DNA from: an uncultured Solirubrobacterales bacterium
Lineage (GTDB): Bacteria > Actinomycetota > Thermoleophilia > Solirubrobacterales > 70-9
Assembly (NCBI GenBank): GCA_963795665.1
Contig: CAWCIP010000016.1
Span: 15,930-79,929, forward strand
DNA: 64,000 nucleotides
Reading direction: 5' to 3'
Shown here piece by piece: positions 8,819 through 18,114 of this stretch (position 1 is its first letter; each line of letters starts with the position of its first letter). Both the position numbers and the translations under genes were made by a program. The notes under the pieces are model-generated. The model did no database searches. It was not told the origin of the DNA and saw only the letters and a list, made by a program, of their open reading frames with translations.

Positions 8819-9658
8819 TCAGCCTCGGTTCCTGTACAGGTGCGCCGTCAGCGGGGCGAAGATGGCGGTCATGATGGCGGCCGCCGCGAGCACCCAGGCG
8901 ATCTGAGAGGGGGTGGCGCTGCCCTCCATCAGTCCACGCTCCGCCGTGACCAGGTGCGTCACCGGGTTGACCTCGGTGAAGGCCCGAAGCCAGGAAGGCA
9001 TCGTCTCGGGTTGGACGAAGACGTTGCTCATGAAGGTGAGTGGGAAGAGCACCACGAAGCCGATGCTCATCACGGCGTTGGGAGTGCGAAGGACGAGGCC
9101 GAGCGTCGTCCAGATCCATGACAGCCCGAACGCGAAGGCGAGGACGAGCGCAACCGCTCCGACCATGCCGGCCACCCCGCCCTTCGGATCGAATCCCATG
9201 ATCAGGCCCAGCCCGATCACCAGCGTCGAGGCGAGCAGGTAGCGGCCCGTGTCGCCGATCAGCCCTCCGACGATCGGAGCCGGCCGCCAGATCGGGAGCG
9301 AACGGAATCGGTCGAAGGCGCCGGTAGCGAGGTCGCGGTTCAGCGTCACCCCGCTGTAGACGGTGACGAAGACCACGGCGAGGGCGAGGGTTCCCGGGAG
9401 CAGGAACTGCAGGTAATCGCCCGTCGAGCCGGCCAGCGCCCCGCCGAAGAGATAGGTGAACATCAGCGTGAAGAGCAGAGGGATCCCGATCACGTCGCCG
9501 AGCTGCTCGGGAACGTGCTTGATCTTCAGCAGCGAGCGCCAGGCGAAGGTGAGCGAGGCCGAGAGCGCGCTCGCCCGCCCAGGTGAGAGAGCATCCGCCA
9601 GCGGGACCCGCGCGCCCGCCCGGTCAATGCCGTGAACGTCGGAGCTCGAGCCAGGCAT
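8819..9658 (-). CDS. ABC-2 type transporter permease (DrrB-like)
   Basis: Six predicted TM segments. The start shares TAATG with the upstream ATPase stop. Confidence 0.8.
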   Translation of the reverse strand: MPGSSSDVHGIDRAGARVPLADALSPGRASALSASLTFAWRSLLKIKHVPEQLGDVIGIPLLFTLMFTYLFGGALAGSTGDYLQFLLPGTLALAVVFVTVYSGVTLNRDLATGAFDRFRSLPIWRPAPIVGGLIGDTGRYLLASTLVIGLGLIMGFDPKGGVAGMVGAVALVLAFAFGLSWIWTTLGLVLRTPNAVMSIGFVVLFPLTFMSNVFVQPETMPSWLRAFTEVNPVTHLVTAERGLMEGSATPSQIAWVLAAAAIMTAIFAPLTAHLYRNRG

Positions 9659-10710
9659 TACGCCGCGTTCCTCTCGGGGGCTTGCTCGGGTTGGGATTCG
9701 GAGGCACGGCCCGTCAGCGCCAGGAAGACCTCGTCCAGGCTCGGCTGGCCGAGAGAGAAGTCGCTGACCGGCAGACCCGCGCGCGAGAGCGCCGCCAGGG
9801 CTCGCTCGGCACGCGCCGCGGCCTCGCCCCTGCCGTCCTCCGACGGGATCTGCGCGGACAGTCGCGCGCGATCGCCCTCATGGTGCACGGAGACCCCGAG
9901 CTCCGACGCCAGCACCTGCTCCGCCCGGTCCCGCTCCCCGGGGTGGACCAGCTGCACGCGCAGGCGACCGGCGCCCACGGACGCCTTGAGCTCGTCCCGG
10001 GTTCCCTCGGCGATCACCCTGCCCATGTCTATGACCGCGATCCGGTCAGCGAGCTGATCGGCCTCGTCGAGGTACTGGGTGGTGAGCAGGACCGTCGTGC
10101 CCCTGGCGACGATGGCGCGGACCACCTCCCAGAGCTGATTCCGGCTGCGCGGATCGAGCCCGGTGGTGGGCTCGTCGAGGAAGAGCAGCTCCGGTGTGCT
10201 GATGATGCTGGCGGCGATGTCCAGCCGCCGGCGCATGCCGCCGGAGAGCCGGGTCACCGGTACCCCCGTAGCCTCCGAGAGGCCGAAGGCCCCGAGCAGC
10301 TCCTTCGCCCGTGCCCTTGCGCCTCTCCAGGAGTGACCGAGGAGACGGCCGAGCATGACCAGGTTCTCGAGCCCGGTCAGATCCTCGTCGACAGACGCGA
10401 ACTGGGAGGTCAGGCTGATCCTGCTGCGGATGGCCCCCGGGTCGCGGACCACGTCGTGGCCAAGCACGCGTGCCGTCCCCCCGTCGGGAGCCAACAAAGT
10501 GGCGAGGATCCGGATCGTGGTGGTCTTGCCTGCCCCGTTGGGACCGAGGAAGCCGTAGACGCAGCCTCGGGGCACGCGCAGGTCGACACCGTCGACGGCC
10601 CGCTTCGACCCGAAGGCCTTTCTCAACCCCTCGGTCTCGACCGCGAGCTGCCCTTGATCCGTTTCGTGCGATTCGGCCATCGCGTCGACAATAGCACGTA
10701 TACTGTCCAT
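9658..10710 (-). CDS. ABC transporter ATP-binding protein (DrrA-like)
   Basis: Walker [11 protein letters not shown], signature LSGGMRRRL, Walker [13 protein letters not shown]. Confidence 0.9.
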   Translation of the reverse strand: MDSIRAIVDAMAESHETDQGQLAVETEGLRKAFGSKRAVDGVDLRVPRGCVYGFLGPNGAGKTTTIRILATLLAPDGGTARVLGHDVVRDPGAIRSRISLTSQFASVDEDLTGLENLVMLGRLLGHSWRGARARAKELLGAFGLSEATGVPVTRLSGGMRRRLDIAASIISTPELLFLDEPTTGLDPRSRNQLWEVVRAIVARGTTVLLTTQYLDEADQLADRIAVIDMGRVIAEGTRDELKASVGAGRLRVQLVHPGERDRAEQVLASELGVSVHHEGDRARLSAQIPSEDGRGEAAARAERALAALSRAGLPVSDFSLGQPSLDEVFLALTGRASESQPEQAPERNAA

Positions 10711-10740
10711 ATGGACAGGCCAACTGGACTAATACGTGCT
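10693..10740. promoter_or_regulatory. nested palindromes (putative TetR operator) in the drrA / tetR divergent region
   Basis: Perfect 16-bp palindrome CTGTCCATATGGACAG (10703-10718) covers the drrA-like ATG. It is flanked by the 9-bp inverted repeat AGCACGTAT (10693-10701) / ATACGTGCT (10732-10740). Confidence 0.5.
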
Positions 10741-10754
10741 CTGAGGTCAGCGGG

Positions 10755-11351
10755 ATGACATCGAGGCGGCCGAAGGCGAGGGGGAGGGAGTCCGCCGCGA
10801 CGCGCGAGCAGCTGCTCGGGGCGGCGGCGGAGCTGATCGCCGAGGTCGGCTGGGGCCGGGTCACGACCCGCGGAGTGGCGGAGCGGGCGGGGCTGCCGCA
10901 CGGGGCGGTCAGCTACCACTTCCGGGGCAAGCAGGAGCTGCTGATCGAGGCTGCGTTGGGAACCTTCGAGCAGGCCTTCCCGCTCGCCGAGTTCAAGGCG
11001 CTCGATGGACTCGGGGGCCTGTTGGACATGATCGCGGCCGCGCTCGGGGGTCCGAGCGCGCTCGACCCGGTGCTCACCGGGGTGTCGATGGAGGCGATGC
11101 GAGAAGCCGAGCGCGATCCGCAGATGCGCAGGCGTATGGCCGCCCTGATGCGGGACTACCGGGCGGTGATCGCGGATCTGGCCAAGGCGGATCAGGAGCG
11201 TGGCTCCGTGCCGGCAACCGCGACGGCGAGCGGCCTGGCCACCCTGGTCGGTGCCGTCGGCGATGGCCTCCTCCTGCACGCGCTGCTCGATCCCAAGCTG
11301 GACATCCGCGAGGCGATCGACTCGCTCCGTGCGCTCATGCGGGCGGCTTGA
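10755..11351 (+). CDS. TetR family transcriptional regulator
   Basis: HTH VTTRGVAERAGLPHGAVSYHFRGKQELL. Divergent from the ABC exporter. Confidence 0.85.
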   Translation: MTSRRPKARGRESAATREQLLGAAAELIAEVGWGRVTTRGVAERAGLPHGAVSYHFRGKQELLIEAALGTFEQAFPLAEFKALDGLGGLLDMIAAALGGPSALDPVLTGVSMEAMREAERDPQMRRRMAALMRDYRAVIADLAKADQERGSVPATATASGLATLVGAVGDGLLLHALLDPKLDIREAIDSLRALMRAA

Positions 11352-11394
11352 CTTGGACGTCAGCTTCCCAGCGGCTGATCCAGCGTGAGCGCGC

Positions 11395-12278
11395 CTAAGC
11401 GGCCCGGGTTCGACTCCGACCCGTCTCCTCGAGCCGCTCAGCCAGACGGTTCATGCCCCGGGCACGGGCCGCCCTCGCGGCGCCGCGGTAGTCCGTCCTC
11501 TTGTCGCGAGGGCGCCCGACCTTCTCTGTGCGCAGGGTGGCCATGTCCTTGAAGGCGAGCAGCTGCTCGCGGTCGCCGATCAGCGACGTCCGCAGCGCCG
11601 GGCGGGTCTCCCTGATCGCCGCGTCGAGGACCTTCTCGAGGGAGCCGTGCTTGCGGAGGAGCTCGACCGCGGTCTTCTCGCCGACGCCCTTGGCCCCGGG
11701 GATGCCGTCGGAGGGATCGCCTCGCAGCGCGATCAGGTCGGGGACGAGTCTCGGCGGAATCCCGTATCGCTCCTTCACCTCGGCGGGCCCCATCACCTGC
11801 CCGCCCTGCTTGCCGGTGCTGACGTAGAGCACCTTGGTGGAGCCGCTGGCGCACTGGAACATGTCGCGGTCGCCGGTCATCAGCAGCGCACCGTCCGCCG
11901 GCCTTGTGCTCCTTCTCGGCGAAGGAGTGGAGGAGATCGTCCGCCTCGAGGGTCCTCCGATCCGGCGACGGTCCAGCCGAAGGCGCCGAAGAAGTCCGCC
12001 GAATCCTCCCACTGAGGCCCGAGCTCGTCCGGGAACGCCGCCTCGCGATCGGCGTGGTAGGCGGGGAAGAGCTCCACGCGGTAGGCGGCGGCATCCGGCC
12101 CGAAGCAGAGGACGACCGCGCGGGGGTCGTGCTTCTCGACCTCTCGCAGGATCAGGTTCGCGGTTCCGAGCAGCGCGTTGACCGGCTTGCCGTCCGGACC
12201 CTTGATCGACTTGGGAAGGGCGTAGAACGCCCGGAAGAGCATCGAGGGCGCATCGACAGCGAGCAGCGGACGTGGCAC
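11395..12278 (-). pseudogene. 5-prime-3-prime exonuclease (Pol I N-terminal / FEN-like), reading frame broken twice
   Basis: The homology runs through three frames. Frame A: LLAVDAPSMLFRAFYALP...FGWTVAGSE. Frame B: LEADDLLHSFAEKEHKAGG. Frame C: DGALLMTGDRDMFQ...GIPGAKGVGEKTAVELL. The shifts lie near 11955 and 11895. GTG start at 12278. Confidence 0.65.
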
Positions 12279-12298
12279 CCCCCGGAAACTAGCGCGGG

Positions 12299-13309
12299 TC
12301 AGCCGGGCTGGGTCTGGGCCCGGGAAGGCGGCTCGGCGGCGGCGGCCGCCCGTCGCTCCCGCAGCCGCTCGGCTCCCCAGTTGACGATCAGGATCGTCGC
12401 CGCGGCGTACGCCCAGCCGAGCAGGATGTCGATCAGATAGTGCTCGCCCAGGTAGATCAGCGAGAGACCCATGCCGATCGGATATGCCACGAGCAGCGGC
12501 CTCCAGCGCGGGTTGAGTCGCGGCCACAGGAACAGGCAGATCAGCATCGTGTAGCCGGCGTGCAGCGACGGCACCGCCGCCACGTCGTTGCCCCAGTCCG
12601 TGCCTTTCTGGAACATCGCTCCAGCCTTCGGGACGGGCAGGTGGTTCACCACCGCGTGGGTGATCCGGTAGGTGTGGTTGATGTAGCCGTGATCGTCGGC
12701 GAGCCAGGGAGGCGCGGCCGGGAAGATCACATAGGTGACGAGGCCGAGCGCGGCGAGCACCACGATGCAGGCCGCGAACCGGTGGAACCACTCGTAGCGG
12801 TAGAGCCAGATCCCGACCCCCACCAGCAGCGTGGCGAAGAAGTGCGAGAACCAGAAAGAGAACGCCGCGTAGTCCCAGAAGTGCAGGTGGCCCGGCGTGT
12901 AGAAGGCGTCCTGGAGACGGATGGTCGGGACCTGACCGAGCCCGAGAACCTTGTCGGCGTGCACCGGCGCGCTCCAGTGGATCGCGAAGAGGTTCCCGTC
13001 GGCGACCCCGCGGAGCAGGTCATAGGCGAGCAGGGCCACGATGATCGGCAGCCAGTCCTTGATCAGGCGCCTCACCGTGTGCTGCCCGTCGGCGATGGAG
13101 AAGGCGAGCATCAGCCCGACGATCCAGACGAAGATCCAGTCCTGGGAGTAGGGGAGGCCGAACCGGTCGATGGCGACCGCCGTTCCCAGCAGGTAGATCG
13201 CCGGCAGGGCGACTCGGGCGGCCCAGTGGGACCGCCATCCTCGGTTTGGCTCCCTCTCTCGCTCTGCGGGCCGTGGCGCCTTGGCCTCTGCCACCGCGGT
13301 GCTGCTCAT
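12299..13309 (-). CDS. PAP2-superfamily membrane protein (Aur1/inositolphosphotransferase-like PAP2_3 type)
   Basis: Multi-TM protein. Motifs PSLHAGYT and GEHYLIDILLG. Confidence 0.75.
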   Translation of the reverse strand: MSSTAVAEAKAPRPAEREREPNRGWRSHWAARVALPAIYLLGTAVAIDRFGLPYSQDWIFVWIVGLMLAFSIADGQHTVRRLIKDWLPIIVALLAYDLLRGVADGNLFAIHWSAPVHADKVLGLGQVPTIRLQDAFYTPGHLHFWDYAAFSFWFSHFFATLLVGVGIWLYRYEWFHRFAACIVVLAALGLVTYVIFPAAPPWLADDHGYINHTYRITHAVVNHLPVPKAGAMFQKGTDWGNDVAAVPSLHAGYTMLICLFLWPRLNPRWRPLLVAYPIGMGLSLIYLGEHYLIDILLGWAYAAATILIVNWGAERLRERRAAAAAEPPSRAQTQPG

Positions 13310-13381
13310 CCGGGCAGCCTAGGCGAAATCCTTCACCACTTATTAACAACCTCCGGGTGGGCGAATCGGGAGTTGCGGCGG

Positions 13382-13975
13382 CTATGACGGCACGCCCAGC
13401 AGCGCCGCCTCGACCTCGCGGAGGCGATCGACGTCGCCCCGGATCCCGGCGACCGCATCGTTGAAGAGGAAAGCCTCGGCGAGCCGGACGATGGCGTAGC
13501 CGAGGGTCGACGGCTCGACGGGCGGCTCGTAGGTCCGGGCCTCGGCCTCCTCCTCGATCAGGCCCGCGATCAGCTCCACCATCCGCGGCTGCACCACCCC
13601 GGCGCCCGAGGCGATGATGCGCAGGGCGGCATCCCGCTCCTGCTCGACGAACGCGCGCAGCGCCGGGGCGTCGGCGAGGGCCCGGTTGAAGCGGTCGAAG
13701 GTGTCGAGCAGGCCCGGCCCTCCCTTGCCGCTGAGGCCGGAGCGTGCCTCGGCGAGTACGGGCTCGGTGGCGCGGATGATCACCTCGCCGATCAGCTTCT
13801 CCCGCGAGCCGAACCAGCGGTAGATCGTCGCCCGGCCGACGCCCAGCTCGGCCGCGATCGCCTGGACGTCCACCCGCCGGCCGCGCAGGTAGCGGTAGAG
13901 CCCCGCGTCGAGGACGTCCTCCCGGCTCGCCGCCGCGGGACGGCCACGGCTCTTGCGGGTTCTAATTTGAGACAT
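13382..13975 (-). CDS. TetR/QsdR-like transcriptional regulator
   Basis: HTH VDVQAIAAELGVGRATIYRWFGSREKLIGEV. Confidence 0.8.
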   Translation of the reverse strand: MSQIRTRKSRGRPAAASREDVLDAGLYRYLRGRRVDVQAIAAELGVGRATIYRWFGSREKLIGEVIIRATEPVLAEARSGLSGKGGPGLLDTFDRFNRALADAPALRAFVEQERDAALRIIASGAGVVQPRMVELIAGLIEEEAEARTYEPPVEPSTLGYAIVRLAEAFLFNDAVAGIRGDVDRLREVEAALLGVPS

Positions 13976-13992
13976 ACCTAAAACTATGTATA

Positions 13993-15513
13993 GTGCTCGC
14001 CGCGCTCATGGGAACCCGATTGTGGAGGAGAGGGCCCGCGATCGCCGTCCTGACGGTTGCAATCGCGCTGCTCGGCGGCTCGGCCGTGGCGAGCGCCTTC
14101 GACCCGGTCTACGAGGCCAAGGACTACTCGAAGACGCTCGAGCGGGCGCGCATCTACTCCACGCCCGAATATCAGGCGAAGCTGCGCACGATCTCGCTGC
14201 AGAATCGAACCGCCGCGACCCTGGCCCAGGTCCAGGACCCAGAGCGGAACTTCATCACCAATCTCTGCGCGAGCGGCGAGGACGGCTGCGCCGGCGACAC
14301 CCGGCTCTACGACTGGGGCTCGAAGGGCTACGGGATCGTCAAGCCTGTGCTCTTCACGGCGCGGAACGGCGCGACGCTCTCGGGCCACGTCTGGGCGACC
14401 AGGTCGGGCCCCGCTCGGCGGCCGGGCATCGTGATCACAAACGGCTCCGTACAGGCCGACGAGCAGATGTACTGGTACGCGGCGCAGGCGCTCGCCAAGG
14501 ACGGCTACGTCGTCATGACCTTCGACCCGCAGGGGCAGGGGCAGTCCGACGACTTCGGCGAGTCGCCGGACCAGCAGGAGGGCTTCCCGGCACAGAGCGA
14601 CGGCCGCCCGTTTTTCGACGGGACAGAGGACGCGATCGACTTCTTCCTCTCCGACGCGAAGCACCGCTACAAGCCGGTGCCGAGCTGCAGCACGGGCACC
14701 AGCCACGCCGCGAAGCAGGACCGCCGGGTGGCCGCCGGGCTCGACGCGGCGTACAACCCCCTCGCCTCGATGCTGAACCGCAACCGACTCGGCCTCGCAG
14801 GGCATTCCTACGGGGCGGCCGGCGTCTCGTACATCGGCCAGTGGGACCCGCGGGTGGACGCCGTGGTCGCCTGGGACAACCTCAGCGGCGCCGATCCGAA
14901 TGGGCAGACAGGATCATTTCCGCCGGGAGAGCAGCCCTGTCCGGCCGACCCGTCCCAGCGGACGGCCGTTCCGCTCACGAAGCCGGCGCTGGGGATGTCG
15001 GCCGACTACTTCCTGCCGCCGACGCCGAACACTTCGCAGCCGGACCCCGAGGCGAAGGCCGCCCAGTCGCTCCAGTACTCGGATGCCGGCGTCGACTCCG
15101 GAGAGATCGTGATCCGCGGCGGCAGCCATCTCGATTTCAGCTGGATCCCGAATCCCGCCTTCGGGGCGAGCCTCCGCGGCGCGGATGAGATCGACTGGTA
15201 CACGACCGCCTGGTTCGACAAGTACGTGAAGGGCGAGGGGAGCGCCGATCGGCGGCTGCTCAGCGACCGCTGGTTCGACGACGCCCAGGAGGCGGCCGTC
15301 GATCCCGACGGCGACGGCAACATGTTCTCCCGCTATTACCGCTCGCGGCTCGACATCGGGCTGTCGGGCGGAGGCCGCTTCGACTGCGAGGACATCCGGC
15401 CCGATGCGATGCGCCCAGCGAACGACGCTTGCTCGGGCTGGGTCCCGGCGGCCGATGACGGCTGGCCGGGCGAATACGACTACCTCTCGATCGACACTTC
15501 TCCAGACGGCTAG
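13993..15513 (+). CDS. secreted alpha/beta hydrolase
   Basis: Signal-like N-terminus AIAVLTVAIALLGGSAVASA. Nucleophile elbow GHSYGAAG. Alternative start ATG 14008. Confidence 0.7.
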   Translation: MLAALMGTRLWRRGPAIAVLTVAIALLGGSAVASAFDPVYEAKDYSKTLERARIYSTPEYQAKLRTISLQNRTAATLAQVQDPERNFITNLCASGEDGCAGDTRLYDWGSKGYGIVKPVLFTARNGATLSGHVWATRSGPARRPGIVITNGSVQADEQMYWYAAQALAKDGYVVMTFDPQGQGQSDDFGESPDQQEGFPAQSDGRPFFDGTEDAIDFFLSDAKHRYKPVPSCSTGTSHAAKQDRRVAAGLDAAYNPLASMLNRNRLGLAGHSYGAAGVSYIGQWDPRVDAVVAWDNLSGADPNGQTGSFPPGEQPCPADPSQRTAVPLTKPALGMSADYFLPPTPNTSQPDPEAKAAQSLQYSDAGVDSGEIVIRGGSHLDFSWIPNPAFGASLRGADEIDWYTTAWFDKYVKGEGSADRRLLSDRWFDDAQEAAVDPDGDGNMFSRYYRSRLDIGLSGGGRFDCEDIRPDAMRPANDACSGWVPAADDGWPGEYDYLSIDTSPDG

Positions 15514-15516
15514 GAC

Positions 15517-15606
15517 GACGGCTTCGCCATCAGGCGGGGCCGTGTACGGCCGCAATCACAAGTCGCTCCGGGCTTCGCCCTTCGCTCCAAAGTGGTGCGG
15601 CCTGGC
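15517..15606 (-). repeat. copy A of a ~90-bp structured intergenic repeat, directly 3-prime of the P450 stop
   Basis: Shares GACGGCTTCGCCATCAGG ... CA(C/T)AAGTCGCTCCGGGCTTCGCCCT(T/C)CGCTCCAAAGTGG(T/A)GCG(G/A)CCTGGC with 24235-24326. The strand is an inference (see findings). Confidence 0.6.
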
Positions 15607-15610
15607 GCCC

Positions 15611-16873
15611 CTACCAGCTGACGGGCAGCTCCTTGAGCTGGTTCAGGAAGGCCGAGATGGCCGGGTCCGGCTTGCCGGCCAGCTGCATGTTCGGGAAGCG
15701 CCGCAGCGTCTCCTCGAAGAGGATCTTGAGCTCGAGCCGGGCCAGGGCGGCGCCTAGACAGAAGTGGCGGCCGCCCGCGCCGAAGGCCTGGTGCTCGGGG
15801 TTGCGCTTGACGTCGAAGCGGTCGGGGTCCTCGTAGACGTCCTCGTCGCGGTTGGACGAGACGTACCACATGATCACCTTCTCGCCCTCCTTCACCGGGC
15901 AGCCCGCCACCTCGGTGTCGCGGGTCGCCGTGCGGCGGAAGTGGGCGAAGGCGGGGTACATGCGCAGGCACTCCTCGACGGCGGCTGGGATCAGCGACGG
16001 GTCATCGGCCAGCATCTTCATCTGGTCCGGGTGCTCGAGCAGGGCCCGCATGCCGCTGGTGTAGGTCGCCTTGGTGGAGTCGTTGCCGGCCGCCATCAGC
16101 AGGAAGAAGCCCATGACGATCTCGTGCTCCTCGAGCTTCTCGCCGTCGATCTCCGCGTGGACCAGGACGCTGGTCAGGTCGTCGGTGGGATTCTCGAGCC
16201 GGTCCGCGATCAGCAGGCGGCACCGCTCGAACAGCTCGGGGATGTCCTTCTCGAGGATCTCGTCGAGGCCGCCCGGGTTGAGGTCGTCGTCGCCGAGCCC
16301 AAGCGCCGAGTTCATCAGCCTCGCCCAGATCAGGTCGTCCTCCGGGCTGATCCCCATGAAGCTGCCGATCACCCGCGAGACCACCGGCTGCGCGACGTCG
16401 TTGACCAGGTCGCAGCCGCCGCGGTCGGCGACCCCGTCGAGGACTCCCTCGGTGATCGCCCGGATCCGATCCTCGTGCTCGGCGATTCGCTTCGGAGTGA
16501 AGCCCTTCTGGAAGAGCATCTTGAGCCGGTCGTGCTTCGGCGGGTCCTGGGCGATGAACATCCCTCGCGCCAGCTCCAGGGGGATCGCATGGGTCAGGCC
16601 GGTGATGCCGCCGCGCTCCGAGGAGTAGGTCTCCCAGTCGAGGCTGACCTCGCGGACATTCTCGGCCTTGGTGACGGACCAGAAGCCCTCCTCGTCCGGG
16701 TACTCGTTGATCTCCGACCAGTGGACCGGGCAGCGGCCGCGGAGCTCCTTGAAGATCTCGTAGGGCGGGCCGTCCTCCCAGTGCTCGCGGTCGGTGACGT
16801 CGAGGGCGTCGAGGTCCGCGAACTTCTCGCTCGCGAGCTGGTCCTGGGGCGGCCGGTTCATCGCCACGGACAA
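15611..16873 (-). CDS. cytochrome P450
   Basis: Heme loop FGAGGRHFCLGAALAR, ExxR ECLRMYP, I-helix LLMAAGNDST. Confidence 0.92.
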   Translation of the reverse strand: MSVAMNRPPQDQLASEKFADLDALDVTDREHWEDGPPYEIFKELRGRCPVHWSEINEYPDEEGFWSVTKAENVREVSLDWETYSSERGGITGLTHAIPLELARGMFIAQDPPKHDRLKMLFQKGFTPKRIAEHEDRIRAITEGVLDGVADRGGCDLVNDVAQPVVSRVIGSFMGISPEDDLIWARLMNSALGLGDDDLNPGGLDEILEKDIPELFERCRLLIADRLENPTDDLTSVLVHAEIDGEKLEEHEIVMGFFLLMAAGNDSTKATYTSGMRALLEHPDQMKMLADDPSLIPAAVEECLRMYPAFAHFRRTATRDTEVAGCPVKEGEKVIMWYVSSNRDEDVYEDPDRFDVKRNPEHQAFGAGGRHFCLGAALARLELKILFEETLRRFPNMQLAGKPDPAISAFLNQLKELPVSW

Positions 16874-16940
16874 TACTGGCTGGCCAGCCAGTTTTCCCCC
16901 GGCGGGCCACGCTGGGCCCGCCGGGGACGTGAAATCGGCC

Positions 16941-18026
16941 CTACGACTCGGGGCAGATGGTGTGGTCGAAGCCCGGCTGCTTGCTGAAGGGCACCCGCTC
17001 GTAGGAGAAGACGGCGCTCGAGCGCGGGTCGATGCGCAGCTTCAGCCACTCGTGGCACGGCGTGGTGCTGCCGTTGACGGTGATCCGGTGCAGGTTCGGG
17101 ACGTCCTGCGTGATCCCGTAGATCGACTTGTTCTGCGGCCGAGCCGGATCGGCCAGCGGGTGGTCGTCGGTGAACTGATGGGAATCGCCGTTCAGCAGCA
17201 GGACCGGCTTGCCGAACGCGAGGGTGCGCTGCGCGAGCTCCTGCACGATCGGCGTGAAGTGGTCGTACCCGGCCGGGTCGCCCTCGATCTCCGGATCCCA
17301 GACATCAGCCTGGACGCCGATCACGATCGCCTTCGCGTCCCGGGCCTCGGCCCGATCGAAGATGCCGTCGAGCCAGTCCAGGTCGGCCGCGGTCCGCTGC
17401 GTCACCTCGTCGATCTGGGAGCTGGTCTGTGGCTGGCCGAACCAGGGAGCCCAGTCGTTGTTCGAGCCCGGCAGGTTGAGGTCGCCGAACTCCACGCGCG
17501 AGGCGAACCAGCGGACGTTCTCCGGGAAGTCCGGGGCCTGCGCGGCGACCTTCCTGGAGTTGACGCCCAACGTCCGCCCGGGCCGGTCGAAGAAGATCCG
17601 GCGGATCTCATCGAGGCGGGCTGGGCGCGTATCGCCGTTCAGCACCGGTCCGGCGGGCCAGTAGGCGCCGTTGTTGGCCCGGTGGCAGTCGGTCCACTCG
17701 TTGTCGCCCGGCGTGTACACGAAGGGGTCCTTGAACGCGTCGAAGTCGCCGCGGATCTGCTCGAAGTAGCTTGTCGAGCACTCGGTCGAGCCGTTCTTGA
17801 TGTCACCCAGGTGCATCACCAGGCGGACCTTCGGGTCCCGGTTGATCTCGGCGACGTCGTTCGGGAAGTTGTCGATCTGCGGCTGGCCGTACGGCGTGTC
17901 GCCGATCACGGCATAGGTCGCCGGCGTCGCCGAGCCCCTGTGATGGCCGTGGTGGGCGAAGGCGCCGGGCGCCGTCAGCAGAGCGAAAGCAGTCGCGGCC
18001 GCGGCCGCGACGGTGATGCGTCTCAT
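16941..18026 (-). CDS. secreted metallophosphoesterase (calcineurin-like)
   Basis: ATG at 18026 with an AAGGGGGA SD. Signal peptide MRRITVAAAAATAFALLTAPGAFA. Motifs GDTPYG, HLGDIKNG, GDNEW, NGDSH. The listed 543-aa ORF is over-extended. Confidence 0.8.
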   Translation of the reverse strand: MRRITVAAAAATAFALLTAPGAFAHHGHHRGSATPATYAVIGDTPYGQPQIDNFPNDVAEINRDPKVRLVMHLGDIKNGSTECSTSYFEQIRGDFDAFKDPFVYTPGDNEWTDCHRANNGAYWPAGPVLNGDTRPARLDEIRRIFFDRPGRTLGVNSRKVAAQAPDFPENVRWFASRVEFGDLNLPGSNNDWAPWFGQPQTSSQIDEVTQRTAADLDWLDGIFDRAEARDAKAIVIGVQADVWDPEIEGDPAGYDHFTPIVQELAQRTLAFGKPVLLLNGDSHQFTDDHPLADPARPQNKSIYGITQDVPNLHRITVNGSTTPCHEWLKLRIDPRSSAVFSYERVPFSKQPGFDHTICPES

Positions 18027-18114
18027 TGAATCCCCCTTCTCTGGCGTTGTTGGCGGCGCGACGCTAGTCGCGGTCGGATCCTGCGTTGTGGCCGAGTCGT
18101 TAAGGTCGCGCGCC

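Noticed and set aside
9583-10758. 391-aa plus-strand ORF, plus the other long alternative-frame ORFs (4598..5776, 36487..37887, 49412..50713, 51813..53180, 58294..59514, 36066..37634, 52962..54164).
   Set aside because: Each overlaps, in antisense or off-frame, a gene with strong motifs. All have the Arg/Pro/Gly/Ala-biased composition expected from non-coding frames of GC-rich DNA.
11406-11417. GGGTTCGACTCC, which resembles a tRNA T-loop.
   Set aside because: The flanking bases do not form a T-stem or acceptor stem. The site lies inside the exonuclease coding region. No tRNA is supported.
15764-18029. Plus-strand ORFs 15764..16987 (407 aa) and 16794..18029 (411 aa).
   Set aside because: Antisense to the P450 (heme loop present) and the metallophosphoesterase (all metal motifs present).
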